Assembly: GCA_037379345.1 (NCBI GenBank)
Contig: CM074511.1
Span: 10,416,001 to 10,480,000, forward strand
Source: Perna viridis
Taxonomy: Eukaryota
Direction of reading: 5' to 3'
Length of the DNA: 64,000 bases
A program made the position numbers and the translations under genes. Under the pieces are notes generated by a model. That model did no database searches, had not been told where the DNA came from, and was given only the letters and a program-made list of their open reading frames with translations. Positions 47,893-61,575 of the stretch are shown here, one piece after another; positions within the stretch are counted from its first letter, which is position 1, and each line of letters opens with the position of its first letter.

Positions 47893-50625
47893 ACAATAGG
47901 CTTCAGGACTTACGCTTGGACTATATAAAGGCACTGAGCATCGCACTGTATGGGCTTATTTCATGTTTACAGTACAGAAGACAGTGTTAGAGAATGGCCT
48001 TGTCTGGATTTACAAATTTAGAGAAAAACTGTCTAATTTGTGAATTGATTGTTTTTCATCGTGAGAACACGTCCGTAACTGATAATATCGTGTCTCTTCT
48101 GCATGCTGAGTTATCCCTTACCAAATGTTACACCAAGAGAAATATACAATTTCGATATACATTGTATTATTTTGTTGCTTATTGAAGAATTGATGTAACC
48201 TTTTTTGTTTCGTTTGATGTTTCTTACTGTTTCACTTTACTGAGCCATAAAATCAATATAGTTTGTAATAAAATAATACTGATTTATTGGTGATATGGTG
48301 TCAGAATTCCTTCTCGAGTTTCACATTACTATTCAAAATGATATATAAAATGAAATTGGTAATTAGGCAGGTGAAACCTGAAACGATACCGAATAATCAA
48401 AATGTTTACCACTTTTAAAGAATCTTATCCCGGTGGAAATGTCCAACATTCATAAGAATTATGGGTAACACTGATAATGCCATTTCGCTAACAATCTGTA
48501 GATTTTTTGGCCACATCCTTCTTGTATTTTATTATCGAAGCTAGGGAATGTTTGGTTCCTTCTCGCATTGACAGTATACGAAAATAGATTCGTTATGCTA
48601 CTAATTTTAAGATCCTGAATGAAGGTGAAACCGGATATATATATTTTAAGAAAATTATGGAGCAGATATTTTTGTTTTGTTGGTGACATGACAGTAACTG
48701 TACATAAGATGAAGTTCAAAACAAAAAGGGATCAAGTATTGGCTTTAAAAAAAATTGGATAATCTGCTTCATCATACTCATTGGATAAAAGATCAAAAGT
48801 TTTTGAAATAAACTAAGTGACGTTGGTCAACTTTTACAGAAAATTCTCTTAACCAATTTTAGAGTGACATTATTAAAGATGTATGACTACATAATATTGT
48901 GTTATGTCTTAGCTCTCGTAAGGCAAAGTAACGCCTACCATATGGGTGTAAAAATAATTCCCTGGTTTCTTTCTTTTCTCAGAATTGAATACCTATTGAA
49001 TTAACGAGAAACAAATAGCAAATTTAGACTACATGCAAACTTAAGATAACAATGTTATCAATCGGGATTGCCGTTCACAAAGTTTAATATTAAGAAAGTT
49101 AAGTCAGGTAGGATAAGGGACATAACTCTTGAAATCAGTGATATGTTAGTATCATTCAATTACACCTGTCTATCAAGCTTTCATTTGAAACAGAATGAAA
49201 GCAATCCAAGTTACTTTGATGCTTACACGAGATCGATATAAAATGCTGAATACAAACATTCCAATGATTTGTAAGAGCTTGGGTCTTCCTCCTTAATTAG
49301 CAAAACGTTTTGCATAGTAGACAGATCCGAGCATGCGAAAATATGTGTTAAAAAGCTTTACTTATAATTGTTAGTATCGTTATTCATGAGAATAGGTTCC
49401 CAATGTATTGGATGTGATTGTTTACGGTATTAACTGTAATGTTGTCAACGAAACCCTCTTATAAATGCGCCAATATAATGATACATATTATAAAATGCGT
49501 AACTACGTGTACAGTAAGATGTATAGTAATTACCTTAAAATAAATTTTCTTATAACATATGCCGCATACTGTGCCCCCAAAAAAGTAGCAAACGAAGGCA
49601 AAACGGTCTCATTCAACAACAGAATCCCGGATGAAAAATAAATAGACAGCTTGACATCACTAGCATGTGCCTTTTTGGGCACTTCAGTACAAATGTGCTT
49701 AACTATGTTTACACAATAAAAAAAATTTGGTAATACCGCAAAATAGAATATTCTGATTACAGTATAATGTGCCACCCAAATTGGTGTTCAGTTATGACTG
49801 CATTCAGCAGAAGAAATAAATCAAGAACATGGTAAAGAAGCGTTTTGGTCAAGAGACCGAAATTCCAGATGCAGGATCACCTACAATGTTATTACCAATT
49901 TAGATTTGTAAAGGCTCTTAGCATCTGCAATTATCTTGCACTACCGCAGGAAAATAGTCCCATTGGCTCACCTCATTAAGGTTCAAATGCCGATAGTTAG
50001 GTCCACTTTATAGATATTTCTAATACATTCTAATTAATTCGATGCTATTTACGCCAATAAACAAACCCAATAAACAACTTTTATTGCGAACTAAATAATT
50101 GCTAATTATTCAAGATGGCTGGTAAAACTTAAGATTGATTGGCAGTATTGGCCACAGCTTTATTATTATCATTATTGAAACCAAAGTAGATAATATAAAC
50201 AGATAATAGATTTGTTCAACTTTAACTAGCACATATACAGATAACTATATTATAATATTGAAATACATGTCAACTCTAGATAGATAATTAACTCATTTTT
50301 TGGTTACCTCATCGCTATGGCAACCTACAGATGCTAAATAGATAAAGATAGATATATATAATCCTGGGATACAGCGATCTATGAACTTTACTGATGGATC
50401 CTGGGATACAGCGATCCATAACATGTACTTTATCAATAAAACTAAAGATGAACTGTAACTATAACTTATCACACGCAGCGAAGTTGCCATATTGATCCAG
50501 CATAGATCAAATCTAATGTTAAGTATGCTGGATCAACCGCCACTAAAGTGGGGGTGAAGCTGCGAGTGCACTATGGACCAATTACTGCCATGGGGAACGG
50601 GGAGTAAATCAATGCCTCTGCACAT

Positions 50626-51243
50626 TAGCCCTTGTATCCGGGTATGTAGACATATTTAAAGAAATGAACGTTTCTAGAGCACCTTGCATAGTATTAAGAA
50701 ATATATCATTACCAAGATCCGTCAAATGAACACCGTCATCCTTTAGAAAAAACATCTGAAGGTAAAATATCTGGATATTTTATACAGCGCCCCTTTTTGA
50801 TAACAAATGCCGAAATAGCGCTGTTAATACGATCTTTGCATTTCAACATGGACTCACAGCTATCCGAGTACCGCCAAGTTTTTCTAGGTAAAATCTGGGA
50901 CCACACTATTATAGTGCTCGGTAAATAGGTTTGTATTCTCTTTAATGTATTTTTGACATTATTCCTAAAAAATAAACAACTTTTATCCTCCCCAAATCAT
51001 TACCTGCTACATGAATTACTATGTAATTCGGGGATTCTTCATATTTTAGCATGTTTTTTCTATAGTTGGTTCCAGATCCTTTAACACCATCCCCCTATAC
51101 CCTTGCCACCATATATGAACTCCTATGCGTTGCAGTCCCAAATGAACGCCACCCGTTCTACTTCTGGCATGCACAAAGGCATTTCGTACCAACGACGAAC
51201 CTATTATCCATACTGAAAAACCTTTCCCTGAAAGTTTAACCAT
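50626..51243 (-). pseudogene. SGNH/GDSL hydrolase ORF of the Ngaro element (frameshifted)
   Basis: Block I VWIIGSSLV, block II QGYRGM, block III IVIHVAGNDLG, block V DDGVHLTDLGN. Confidence 0.8.
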
Positions 51244-51341
51244 TTAGGCATTTACAATATTATAAAATTAACGGCGTATGGTCAACTTAATCATTACCCT
51301 ACTATTTAAATAGGTAGTACTGAAAATTACAAATTAGGAAT

Positions 51342-52200
51342 TCAAAACTGGGGAATTCTAATGTAACCCTTGAAAGCATCTGATTTCCTACGTCCCATTT
51401 CTTTAATTTGTTCCTCCGAATAACCAAGCATTGCTGCAAACGTTTCCCCTCCAATACGAAAGGAATGTGTTCCGTAAACTGATTGATCAATGCCAATATA
51501 GCAAAGAGCTTTTTTAGTGCCCTCGAAAACTGATATCTTGTTACTGGTGAACCATCAAAGTGACAAAATAACAGCTCACTTAACGGGGAGCGATTCTTCA
51601 AATATTCTCTCAAAAGTTTAACAGGACAAACATGATCATTTGCTTGTTAATTGACCACGATAGATACCCCATTTTTCAACTGATCACTCTTTGAAGAAGC
51701 TAGATATATACGGATATCAAGATCCGTAATATCAATATTCTCAAATTTTATAGCATGATTACCTTCGCTGGGCCCTATCTTTATTGACGCAACAGTCATC
51801 TCACCAACACGCAAAAATGCAAAAAAATCCAAGAGAAAATGCACTAGAAAATAAACATGCTTCATAATCTGATACGCACAAAGAGGGCAAAATCTTTATA
51901 ACTTTTACCAACAGCTCATAGGTAATTGGGAATCTACTATCTGGCGATTTTACTTTTGATCTCATCATCCCCATAAGCATCTTTCTCACGACAAAATATA
52001 GAGAAAAATCTTCAAAATTATTTATCTTACGATAAAAACTTATAGCCGAAAGGTAACATTTCACCGTAGATGGCGCCATGCTCATACAAGATAAATACGC
52101 AATGAACTGTATAATGTGGCTCAAAGGATATGGAGCACAGGATACTGTGCTCGGAGCAAGTGAACAATTAATTAATCTATGTTTCAAGTTCGATAACAAT
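51342..52200 (-). pseudogene. Ngaro tyrosine recombinase (disrupted)
   Basis: SLAPSTV, YLSAISF, DSRFPIT, FFAFLRVGEM, SKSDQ, LFCHFDGSPVTRYQF, and the C-terminal H.FRIG...IKEMGRRKSDAFKGYIRIP. Confidence 0.85.
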
Positions 52201-53770
52201 GCTAAGAACTCCTCCGGATTCTTTTGTGGAAGCAATCTGGCTTCTGGATTCAGTTCTCTGAATCTCTGCAATAGAAATCGAGAAATCGAATCTGCAATTT
52301 CATTTTTTACACCATCGATATGTTTTGCTTTGAATTGTATATTATGCTGCATTGTCAAAAGCACAAGGGGACACACGTTTTGACTTGGCGGTTCTTTTAT
52401 TAACAATATTAACCAATGACAAATCATCAAAACGGAATAAAATTTTCTTGTTTTCAAATTCAGACGCCTAAATACAAATAGCCAGTAAAATTGGCACTAA
52501 TTCCAAAAACGTTATGTCCCTCATGACCGGCATCTCAGACCATGCTTCCGGCCACCTAAATTGTGCCCATTTCCCATTGTAATAAGCACCGAAGCCCAAT
52601 TCTGAGTTACCACAGCTGTCCGTATATAAATGTAATGTTTCATTTGTTATCCAGGAACTATCTGACAAATAACAGCTGCCATTGAAATGTTTCAGAAAGA
52701 CAAGCCAAACTTTTACATCCTCTCTGAGGTCATTATTAATTCTGATTGAGTAATATGGCTTTTTATTCTTTACAGACCCAAGTACATCATAAAATCTGCG
52801 TATAAAAGCTCTCGACGATGTAATTGCCCTGGAACAAAACGCCATGAGACCAACGGTTGACTCTATATCTCTATACTTTATTCTATTTTTGATCAAAATC
52901 GGTTCAAGTAATGACTTAAGCTTCGTTAACTTGTCCATGGGTATTTTTACTACCATTTCAATAGTATCAATTTCTAACCCCAAGAATTTCAATGTTGTCA
53001 CGGGTCCAACTGATTTTTCTGAAGCAATTGGCACCCCCAACTCCGTACAAATTTCCGAAAATGTATCTTAAAGCATTTTACAAACCGGAGACTTATCAGA
53101 ACCTACAAACAAGAAATCGTCTAAATAATGAACAAGAGAATCTATTCCACTGCGCTTTACTACCATCCAATGTAAAAAATTTGAAAATTTAGTAAACAAA
53201 CTACATGAAATTGCACATCCCATTGGGAGATTTTTGTCCACATAAAATTGATCATCAAAGTATATTCCTAATAAGTCAAAGTCAGACGGGTGAACTGGGA
53301 GCAAACGAAAAGCGGACTTCAAGTCGCGGACTCCGAGAAATGCCCCTTTTCCGAGTGAACTTATCATTTGTGTAACCTCATCAAACGATGCATACTGAAC
53401 GGAACAATCGTCCGGGTTATTCACCCCTCCCCCTTGTGGATATGACAAATGACATATTAATATAAATTCATGCTCCCCCGGCACAAGACCAATTGGGGAA
53501 GTGTGCAGTGTAGCAATCGGCTTGTCAGAAAATGGTCCAGCCATCCTACCGGCTTACACCTCCTTGTTTAATTTACTCAATGTTTGGCTTTTATTACTAA
53601 TGACAGATAATAATTTTTTTTAAATAAATGAAATTCTTGGACCTGAATATTTTAAATGAAAACCACAAGAAAACCCTTCAATTAACTATTTTGCCACAGC
53701 ACCGTCTGGGTACCCTTCAAGCATATTTTTCAAAACAGGAATTTTAATAGGGCTTTTGCCGAGCTGCCAT
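52200..53770 (-). pseudogene. Ngaro reverse transcriptase / RNase H (disrupted)
   Basis: MAGPF...SPIGLVP, DLKSAFRLLPVHP, LPMGCAISC, HYLDDFLF, LGVPIASEKSVGP..LKFLGLEID, LYTDSCG, ITFLELVPI, HIDGVKNEIADSISR. Confidence 0.9.
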
Positions 53771-53929
53771 AGTTCTGACATTTGGTCACGGTCTGGCTTG
53801 AGTGTATTGTGCAATATTTCCTTGGGAAAATCTAATTCTTGTTTCAGGTTGCCGTTTGCGAAACCCAATTTGGGACCCTGGTGCGTATTGATCTCTGGGG
53901 GTCCGAAACTGAAACTGAGACACTGTACT

Positions 53930-55113
53930 ATGATTAAAATAACCCAAATTAGGCCTTTGGATTGCAAATTGTCTACTACAACTTATAATTGGATGCAATC
54001 CATTGCATCTCAAACAAGAATGGCTGTAAAAACAAGAAAATCTATCACATATGCCTTCATAATTATAACTGTAACATTTCAGTTTACCCAATGTGCTATT
54101 ACTACATGTCGATACATTCATTGAACAAGTGGGTACAGTTTGAATAGGCTGCATGTAAATTACATGTTCAGTGTCCATCTTACTCCATGAACTAGATGGA
54201 TCTAGAGATCTTTTCAGCCTGAACTGTTCACCATAGTGCTTCCAGCCCAACCCTTGATTTCTTTTTGCCCCAAGGCGTATTGTGTGCATGTACTTAATAG
54301 CTCTAAAAACGGTGCATGTGTATCGAGCAGTAAATGTGCATATAAGTGATAAAAGCATCTGTCCATGTTTCTATATTGGAAATTTTTTACTGTTGTGATA
54401 CCAGTTGTAACATTAATTCCCCTTGTTCCCATATTAATTTTTGTTTCCCATGGTTTGTATTTACTGAATTGTGAAGTAATAGAGCCAAGTCAATAAATTC
54501 CCCTTTCACTATTTTTTCTTTTACTGAATGGAATACATTTATTCCCAAATTCTCAGTGACACTCTTTGTCAGGAATAAATAAATTATCACTTACTGCTGA
54601 TGATACAGTACCTGTGTGTGTAAAACTGAAGGCAGCAGGAGATGCTGTGTACTGTATTCCGGTAGCTTGAGGGGGTGCTGTGTGCTGTATTCCGGCAGCC
54701 TGCAGGGGTGCTGTCACTGCTGTGTACTGGATTCCGGTAGCCTGAGGTGCTGTGTACTGTATCCCGGCAGCCTGGGTTGTATTGTACTGTATTCCGGCTG
54801 TACTTGATGTCCCTGCTGCCAAACCTCCTGAAGTCGTACTTTGTTCAAACTGCCCAGAAAGTGACATGTCAGGGATGCGGACTATACTGTTTTCAGTTGA
54901 ACTGTAAGTGTTATTTTGTAATTGGCCTAAATGTAGCGAAAATGTCACTGTTGAGGTAGCTGTAGACACATTCAGAGTTCTAGGTTCTGAAATCTGAGCT
55001 GGCCATGAAATCCTAAAGCATGTCCTGGCCACAGACGTTCCCTATGGTGTAACCGGGGTCCTGCTGACGCCCGTCCTGACTGAAGCTGTCCTTTTCCTAG
55101 TACTTCTCAACAT
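53930..55113 (-). pseudogene. Ngaro gag-like ORF (disrupted)
   Basis: KIVKGEFIDLALLL, KYMHTIRLGA, GWKHYGEQFRLKRS and the Cys/His knuckle CYSYNYEGICDRFSCFYSHSCLRCNGLHP. Confidence 0.75.
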
Positions 55114-56183
55114 ACTGGCTGAAACTCAATGATAATAATAAAAATGTACAATTATATTTATGATAATTTTATCATTTTACACATAAACAGTTTTACACCA
55201 TGTAACAAAAAAATTGTAGTATTCATACTGCTGAATGAAACATGAAGCTGTGACCGTCTAATTGTACGTTATTATTTTTTTTTATTAAAACTTCTCTAAC
55301 AAATTTTCCGTCTTTTCTGTCCCAAGTTGAACGCTGAAAGAACGCTCACGTCGAATTGATGTCACAATTCTATAGGCAATCTTATTACCATATGCATGAC
55401 AAATAACCTGAAGCACAACTACGTACGGACGGATGAAGTATTCCCCTTGAATAACCGAATTTATTTAGAATTACATAAATTCCATTAATTTGGTTTGAAT
55501 TGACAACGGTTCAATTAAAAGTAGTTGACATCTAACATCTTATCAGTACCTGTTAATTTCTATGCGTTTACCCGAATAAACTAATCGTTTACTGTCGAAG
55601 TATTCAAATTGCCTATAAATGCCTTTATTCAAGGAGTTAATTATATAAACCTCGTAGACACATAATAAACTTTTTGATGTTTAACTAGAAATGAAAACCC
55701 TGCGAGATCATAAATAGCCATAGTTCATAGAAATGAAATATGAAGAGGTATGCTGAGTACCAATGGGAAGAGCTGTTTTCAGATATTTCATGCAGGCCAT
55801 GGTGGATCCATACACTAATTATTTACAAAAATGGGGCAGTGGATCAAGAAACTTGTGTAAAGAAAGAGGTTCCCGGCAGGGAATACACATTCTGTTCCTG
55901 GCCATCGTTTGCCGCTCATTTTTGCCAATCTTTTAACAAAAGGGTCTTATAACCTCCGAAACCAACCTGATGTATCACCCATTGTATCATGTATTTCTAT
56001 TACGGTTACCTCGTCGTGACATCAGAAGCCCGGAGATGACAAATAAAAATAAAACTTTGCTTAGACGATGGCATAGAAATTTCGAAATTTCCGAAATGAT
56101 GTCAGTCTGTGGTCTGGTGATATTGCTTTTTGAAATAATCATTCTAATGTATGTGTCTCTGGAACTAGGTGCCGAGAAACTAA

Positions 56184-57813
56184 GACGTTACGCACGCTAT
56201 TGCAGATGTGCCAAAAAAAAACACCTATTATAACTATAAATGGTTATTGAAAACAATCAAAACTGTGCTTATGTGAAAGCAGTTTACTGTTGGAATCGGA
56301 ACAAATTATAATTTCCGAAAACCGTAAAAACGTCAAAATTCCGTATGTCAGGTGTAACACACTGTAGGTCCAAAAAAGCTAAAATAGTGAATTGCGTTAT
56401 TGCAGAAGGTACGAAATTCGCCAAATTTTGCTTGGAAGAATAATTTTATATGTTCTTTTTGAGATAATTATCGAAATTGCATTAATTTTAGGCAAAAAAA
56501 TATTCAGTGCAAAAATGAAAGTGTTGGTAAATGGTCAGATTTCTAAAAGTGTTCAGTAATCGAATTCTATTATTAAAGTAAGAACTTATTTACATAATAT
56601 TCTTTTCCGATTAATTTTTCCTAAAAAAAAGTACATACTTTCAGCAATTCTACGTCGGCATTTGATAAAATATTCAACACAAACAAAAAAGTTACGTCTT
56701 TTTGAAAATGTCTCGCAAAATATCGGATGTCAGTATTTTTCGGGTTCGTTGAGAAAATTTCATGCTCCAACGCAATTCTACAATCAGTTGAGAATTTCTC
56801 CTGTGAAATAATGATACTTGGTAATTGTACATACACTTAGGAATACACATATTTCATTTTTTGATGGTTTAAACCATTTAGAACGGATAAAATTCGAACA
56901 AAACAAATGTCTAGCGATTTGTCGAACTTTCACTCTTTGAACGTTTGGAACGTTTTCCGTTGATCTGGAAATTGCGAAATAAAAACGAAATTATTTCCGC
57001 TTTAGATGACAAGAACCAGACACTTATACTCGTCTCTGCAATTACAAGTATAAAACATGCAACTGAAGAGACGAACAATTCGAAATCAAAGCGATATAAA
57101 AAGACTAAAAGTGTCTGTATTTTGTGTTATTAACAAACGAAACAATAAACCAAAAAAGAATAGAATAAATTCTTATAGTTTATAGGAATTCGATCGGAGT
57201 GGAATGACTGAAACGCAAAATAGAGTCAACAGAACTTTAAAAAGATATAGAAAAGCAGAATGCTAATAGATAAAATGAATACAGAAAAGGAAGTCATAAA
57301 CATTTTTTATTTTGGAAAACGCAAATGAGCAAATGAAATGAAAATCAATGAGCGGCTATCTGGTGGGTGTTGATGAAAGCACGATTTTCTTATGAATAGA
57401 AAGATCTTTCACTCGAAATACTAACTTGTGAAAGGTCCAAATTCTGCTATTGGTACATGTTACATAAAGTCATACATGTATATCAAAATGCACATTTTAA
57501 TTTATCGCAGGAGAAAGTTGCTGTGTTCCTTCTCTAGACAGACAATGTGCATGTATGTGGCGGTTGCATTCTACGCTGCGGTGCACATGCAAGTGCAAAT
57601 TTAATTTATCGGTAGTACTGATAATCAAATTAATTAATCTTTTCGATTTTGTAAGAAATGTTCAAGATGTTTAAATTGCTACCAGTCAAAAACTATTGTA
57701 TATTTTGCTTTACTGTACACGTGTTTCAATAATCAAGCAAGCAGGAAAAGAAAAGTGTTGACAAAGTCGAATTCTGATGTTACTGAATGTGCCGCAATAG
57801 CGTTCGTAACGTC
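56184..57813. mobile_element. Non-autonomous DNA transposon with 20-bp TIRs and TAA target duplication (PIF/Harbinger-like)
   Basis: TAA|GACGTTACGCACGCTATTGC ... GCAATAGCGTTCGTAACGTC|TAA. The empty site gaaactaagtactttt is at about 63512. Confidence 0.75.
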
Positions 57814-57949
57814 TAAGCGCTTTTACATGACCCATTATAGGTGTCTATGCGATAACTTGTAGCTCTTGGGCTATAAAGCGTAGCAACTGAGAAATGTAGC
57901 TGTTGAGAGGGGCATGTATATTAGGACATATTTATTTCAAAGATGAATG

Positions 57950-58256
57950 ATCTGCATGAAGAAAACAGATTTGTTCAACGTGTCATAGTTTTCAATCCTC
58001 TTTCGTCTACCCTGGATTTGACTTTTTATTAGCAACTCGGCTGTTGTCTCTAGAAAAGTAGAGGACGCTTACCCTACCGGTAGGTTCACCTGGTCCATTC
58101 TACCTGTTTTTAGTGGAGTCCTAGTTGCTCATTTACTTTTGTTACTTTGTAAGTATTATTTTGGTTATTTTATGTTCTTCGTTGTGTGTGTCTGTTTTCC
58201 ATTTCTGGTCTTTGTTCCTGGATAGCATTATTTTGATTTCCGCTAGATTACTCTTT
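57950..58256 (+). mobile_element. Penelope-like 3' fragment
   Basis: Aligns to 34540-34863. Confidence 0.75.
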
Positions 58257-59099
58257 GACAGACAGATTCGACCTGGATGTCGATAAAATGAATTTCGACT
58301 TGAAAATTTACAAACTGGGAAATGCTAACTAGTAGTTAGTGGTGTAATACCCCTGTTTCGGGAACCAGTCGCATGCACATATAAGAAAGTAGTTCAAAAG
58401 GACATGAAGTAGTCCTCTAAGATTGCATCTTATTATTCTCACTGTTATGTAGAGATATAAAAACTTAGTATCATCTGAAAGCTGAATGATTCAGCAGTAG
58501 TATAAAAACTTCAGTTTCTTTTCTAAATGTAGGGTAAAATAATACTATACAAAAATTCTAAGCCCTTGATGTGGCTGAATTTCAAAACGAAAGTAGTGAT
58601 TTCTGCATCTGGCTACTTTAACTTTACGGTTCTTTCTTAGAAGGCACATAAGGTATGTTGATATTTTGATGAGAGTTTAGATGAAGGGTGCCCATCATAA
58701 TGAAACCCTTCCAGCACCATCCATACTCATGTAAAATTTGCTATGAGCCTTATAAATAGCCGAATTTAACACAGAAAGTAATGGAGACAAGAAATGGTGG
58801 TATTACGCCTTGTAGTTCAATTATGCAATATGTCAGAGTTTGTGTTCATTTATCAAGGTGTTTCATGTAAACTGACAATACAACCTGAATATAACTCAAA
58901 CTGGCGCACTGCAACGATGCGTCGCGAATTTTGGTGTGTGCGTTTTTTTTTTAATGTTTTTCGTAATCAGAATGATTAATTTAAAAAAATAAATCAAAAA
59001 ATTCTATATGATATTAACCGTTTACAACAATATGCTTGTGTTAAGATACGTTTGAATTTGTTCCCCGAACTTTCCATTTATACCCTATTTTGACATTTG

Positions 59100-59360
59100 A
59101 CAATTATCGCTACATCAATTTTCAAAGACCCCGATGTAGCAAAAACATTGTCTACTATACATGACAAATATGTTGTCGTACCAGCAGACAAAGCCCAAAA
59201 CATCATTGTTTTTGTCTGCACAACGTTTTACATCCAATATTTATTATCAGAGGTACTTTATGTTCTATCTTGTGCATGTCTGTTTTCCATGTCTGGTCTT
59301 TGTCCCTGGATTACATTCTTTTGATTACCGCTATAACTTTGATTCTTTTGATTACTCTTT
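59100..59360 (+). mobile_element. Penelope-like fragment (pre-RT segment fused to the 3' end)
   Basis: IFKDPDVAKTLSTIHDKYVVVPADKA..IVFVC, then the tail ending ttgattactctt. Confidence 0.7.
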
Positions 59361-60965
59361 GAGGCGTAAAAATTCAAACAATCGATATGAATTTATGCAG
59401 TACACGAGTACTTTGATTATATATAGATATATGAGTATATATTTATGACATAATACTATCCAAACGAAATCTTATTCTGTGGATATTATTTTGCATGGTT
59501 TTTTCTAGAGGATATTATTTTACTATATGAAAAATGGTCCACACCTATTAATTGTTTTCACTGCTTGAATAATGATATAACAAATGTAATTTAAAGCTAG
59601 AGGTATTCTTAATTGTACACAAGATATTGTTTCGTACTATTAAATAATGTTCTGAATATAGTTTACATAGAGTGAACAGAAGTCATACAGTACATAAAGC
59701 AAGCATTGATATGTGTTTTTTAAAGTATTAGTGTAACGTTTTGTTATTGAAATTTTTCCTCGATAAAATTTTGTAGTTAAGTAGTACATGTATCCTGGAA
59801 ATAATATACTTTTTTTTTAAATATACATGTACCTTCAAGTAAGGATTTTCCAGGATACTATTCATCAATTAAATAATATCCTGGGTGAAAAACTTTGTGT
59901 AAAATATCCCATGAAATAATATCCATTGTAACATGAATCTTTTTTCCTTTGATCTTTTTATGGAATAACATAGAGACGACAAGCATGTACCAAAATGTAT
60001 GCTCTAAATTGAAGCAACCAAATAATATTGCATGAAAGGTCACATGGGCCTATATAATGCAATGAGGAAACAGCCATGAAATAACCAAAACACTAAAATC
60101 AATATTGCATGGGTAAGCTCCGCCTCTTTGGGAAAAGATTACGCCTACAAAAAAACACACATACAAATGTCAATTTTATTAGGTTTCATATAATAAAATA
60201 CAAATCTTTAAATCTCTGCAGGTTTTCTTTGCCAGACAGAGAACAAAAAATATAATGTCTACTCATTAATTGCAAAATTGTAAATATGGAAAAATAGATT
60301 TTTTTTACATTTGGGCCAAAAAAGGGGGTCCATGCCCCGAATAGTTGTGTTTAAAAGCCTTCAAAAAGACAATTAGCGTAAATCAGTCTAATTCAATTAA
60401 AAAATACACACCTGAGTGAGAACCAAATCATCGCTTTCTACATTTTCAATGTCAAGCCAATCTGGTAGAGAGAATGCGTCTGCAATACTGCCTACTGTGC
60501 GGGTTATTAGATTTTCCCGCCAAACGTTATTTTTTTTCTGCACGGACTGTCATGGGCGTGTCATTCATGTTACAAATCATTTATAGCAACGCCTTCCTCG
60601 TTAGCCAAATAAACTTCTCACGCTGCGCGTTCGAAAGTTTATTTGTCTAACTCGGAATACTATGCTATAAATACAACGGATACTTACTGATATTTGAAAA
60701 AATCCTGAATAATAATAAATATCTAAAAGTATCCTGGAAAACATGTCACATCAAAACTATCTGAATCGTTAACACCTAACACTGTGAAGCCCCACATTTT
60801 TTTTTATAGTACCCTTAAATAAAACTTTTTCAGACATTGGAATGTTTAATCATCATAAGGTTGTGTATAGAAACAATTGAATAGCCACGGAAAACATTTT
60901 AAAAAAAGGTTATAACATTTTCCTGTATTAAATCTGATATTTATTTTTTTCCGGTGGAAAATATT

Positions 60966-61254
60966 CAGGGGCGTAGCTGTCTATAGGCAAATATGCAGTT
61001 GCGTACTTTCGGCAAAAGTAACAAAAATAAAAACACACATTTTAAAAATGAAATAAAGATTATTTATCACATATGCATACCATGAACGTAGTATAGGCTC
61101 TGAAAAACTGGCTCCAAAATCGTTAAAATTCAGGAGTTTCCCTCAGGGCTTTGCCTTGCCGGACTCACTGGGGGCCTTGAGCGACCCCCCCCCCATTCCA
61201 AGACCCCTCGCCGTAATTTTGCGTACAACTAAAACAGGCCTAGCTACGCCCCTG
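60966..61254. mobile_element. hAT-like MITE with CAGGGGCGTAGCT TIRs
   Basis: caggggcgtagct ... agctacgcccctg. No clean 8-bp TSD is visible. Confidence 0.65.
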
Positions 61255-61575
61255 GACTATTTCAAACAGGATACTATTAGATGTTACTTATACAGTTATT
61301 AAAATTTTAATTTCTTCGCGTATTTCTTTCAGATAAGTTGAAAACTTTCTCCTTAGTCCAGTTTAAGATTTGTCTTTGTCATCCGTTTCAAGTTCTTTGT
61401 AACAAATATGACAATCTATTATAATTAAGTGATATATCTGAAGCTAAAACTAAAGATCTTGCGTCAATATGTTCATTTTTTAAAGTATTTAATTTTGCGC
61501 AAATAATATATAAAATCTAGATCTGTGTTTATTACATTGGTCATTAATGAAGAACAATGTTTATTTTTTGAGTAA

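Larger units (their letters stand above)
50106..55454 (-). mobile_element. Near full-length decayed Ngaro-type tyrosine-recombinase retrotransposon (gag, RT/RNase H, YR, SGNH hydrolase)
   Basis: Domain order on the minus strand is gag, RT, RH, YR, hydrolase. AATAAAGCTGTGGCC lies near the 3' end (50150-50164). Boundaries are inferred from its interruption of the 1.55-kb repeat. Many frameshifts. Confidence 0.9.

Noticed and set aside
50626-51243. Bacterial horizontal transfer of an esterase
   Set aside because: Its position after the YR ORF is the known Ngaro organisation.
1594-60043. Most remaining 60-150 aa ORFs in the track
   Set aside because: They are low-complexity AT-rich frames, antisense shadows of real exons or TE ORFs, with no motifs or splice support.
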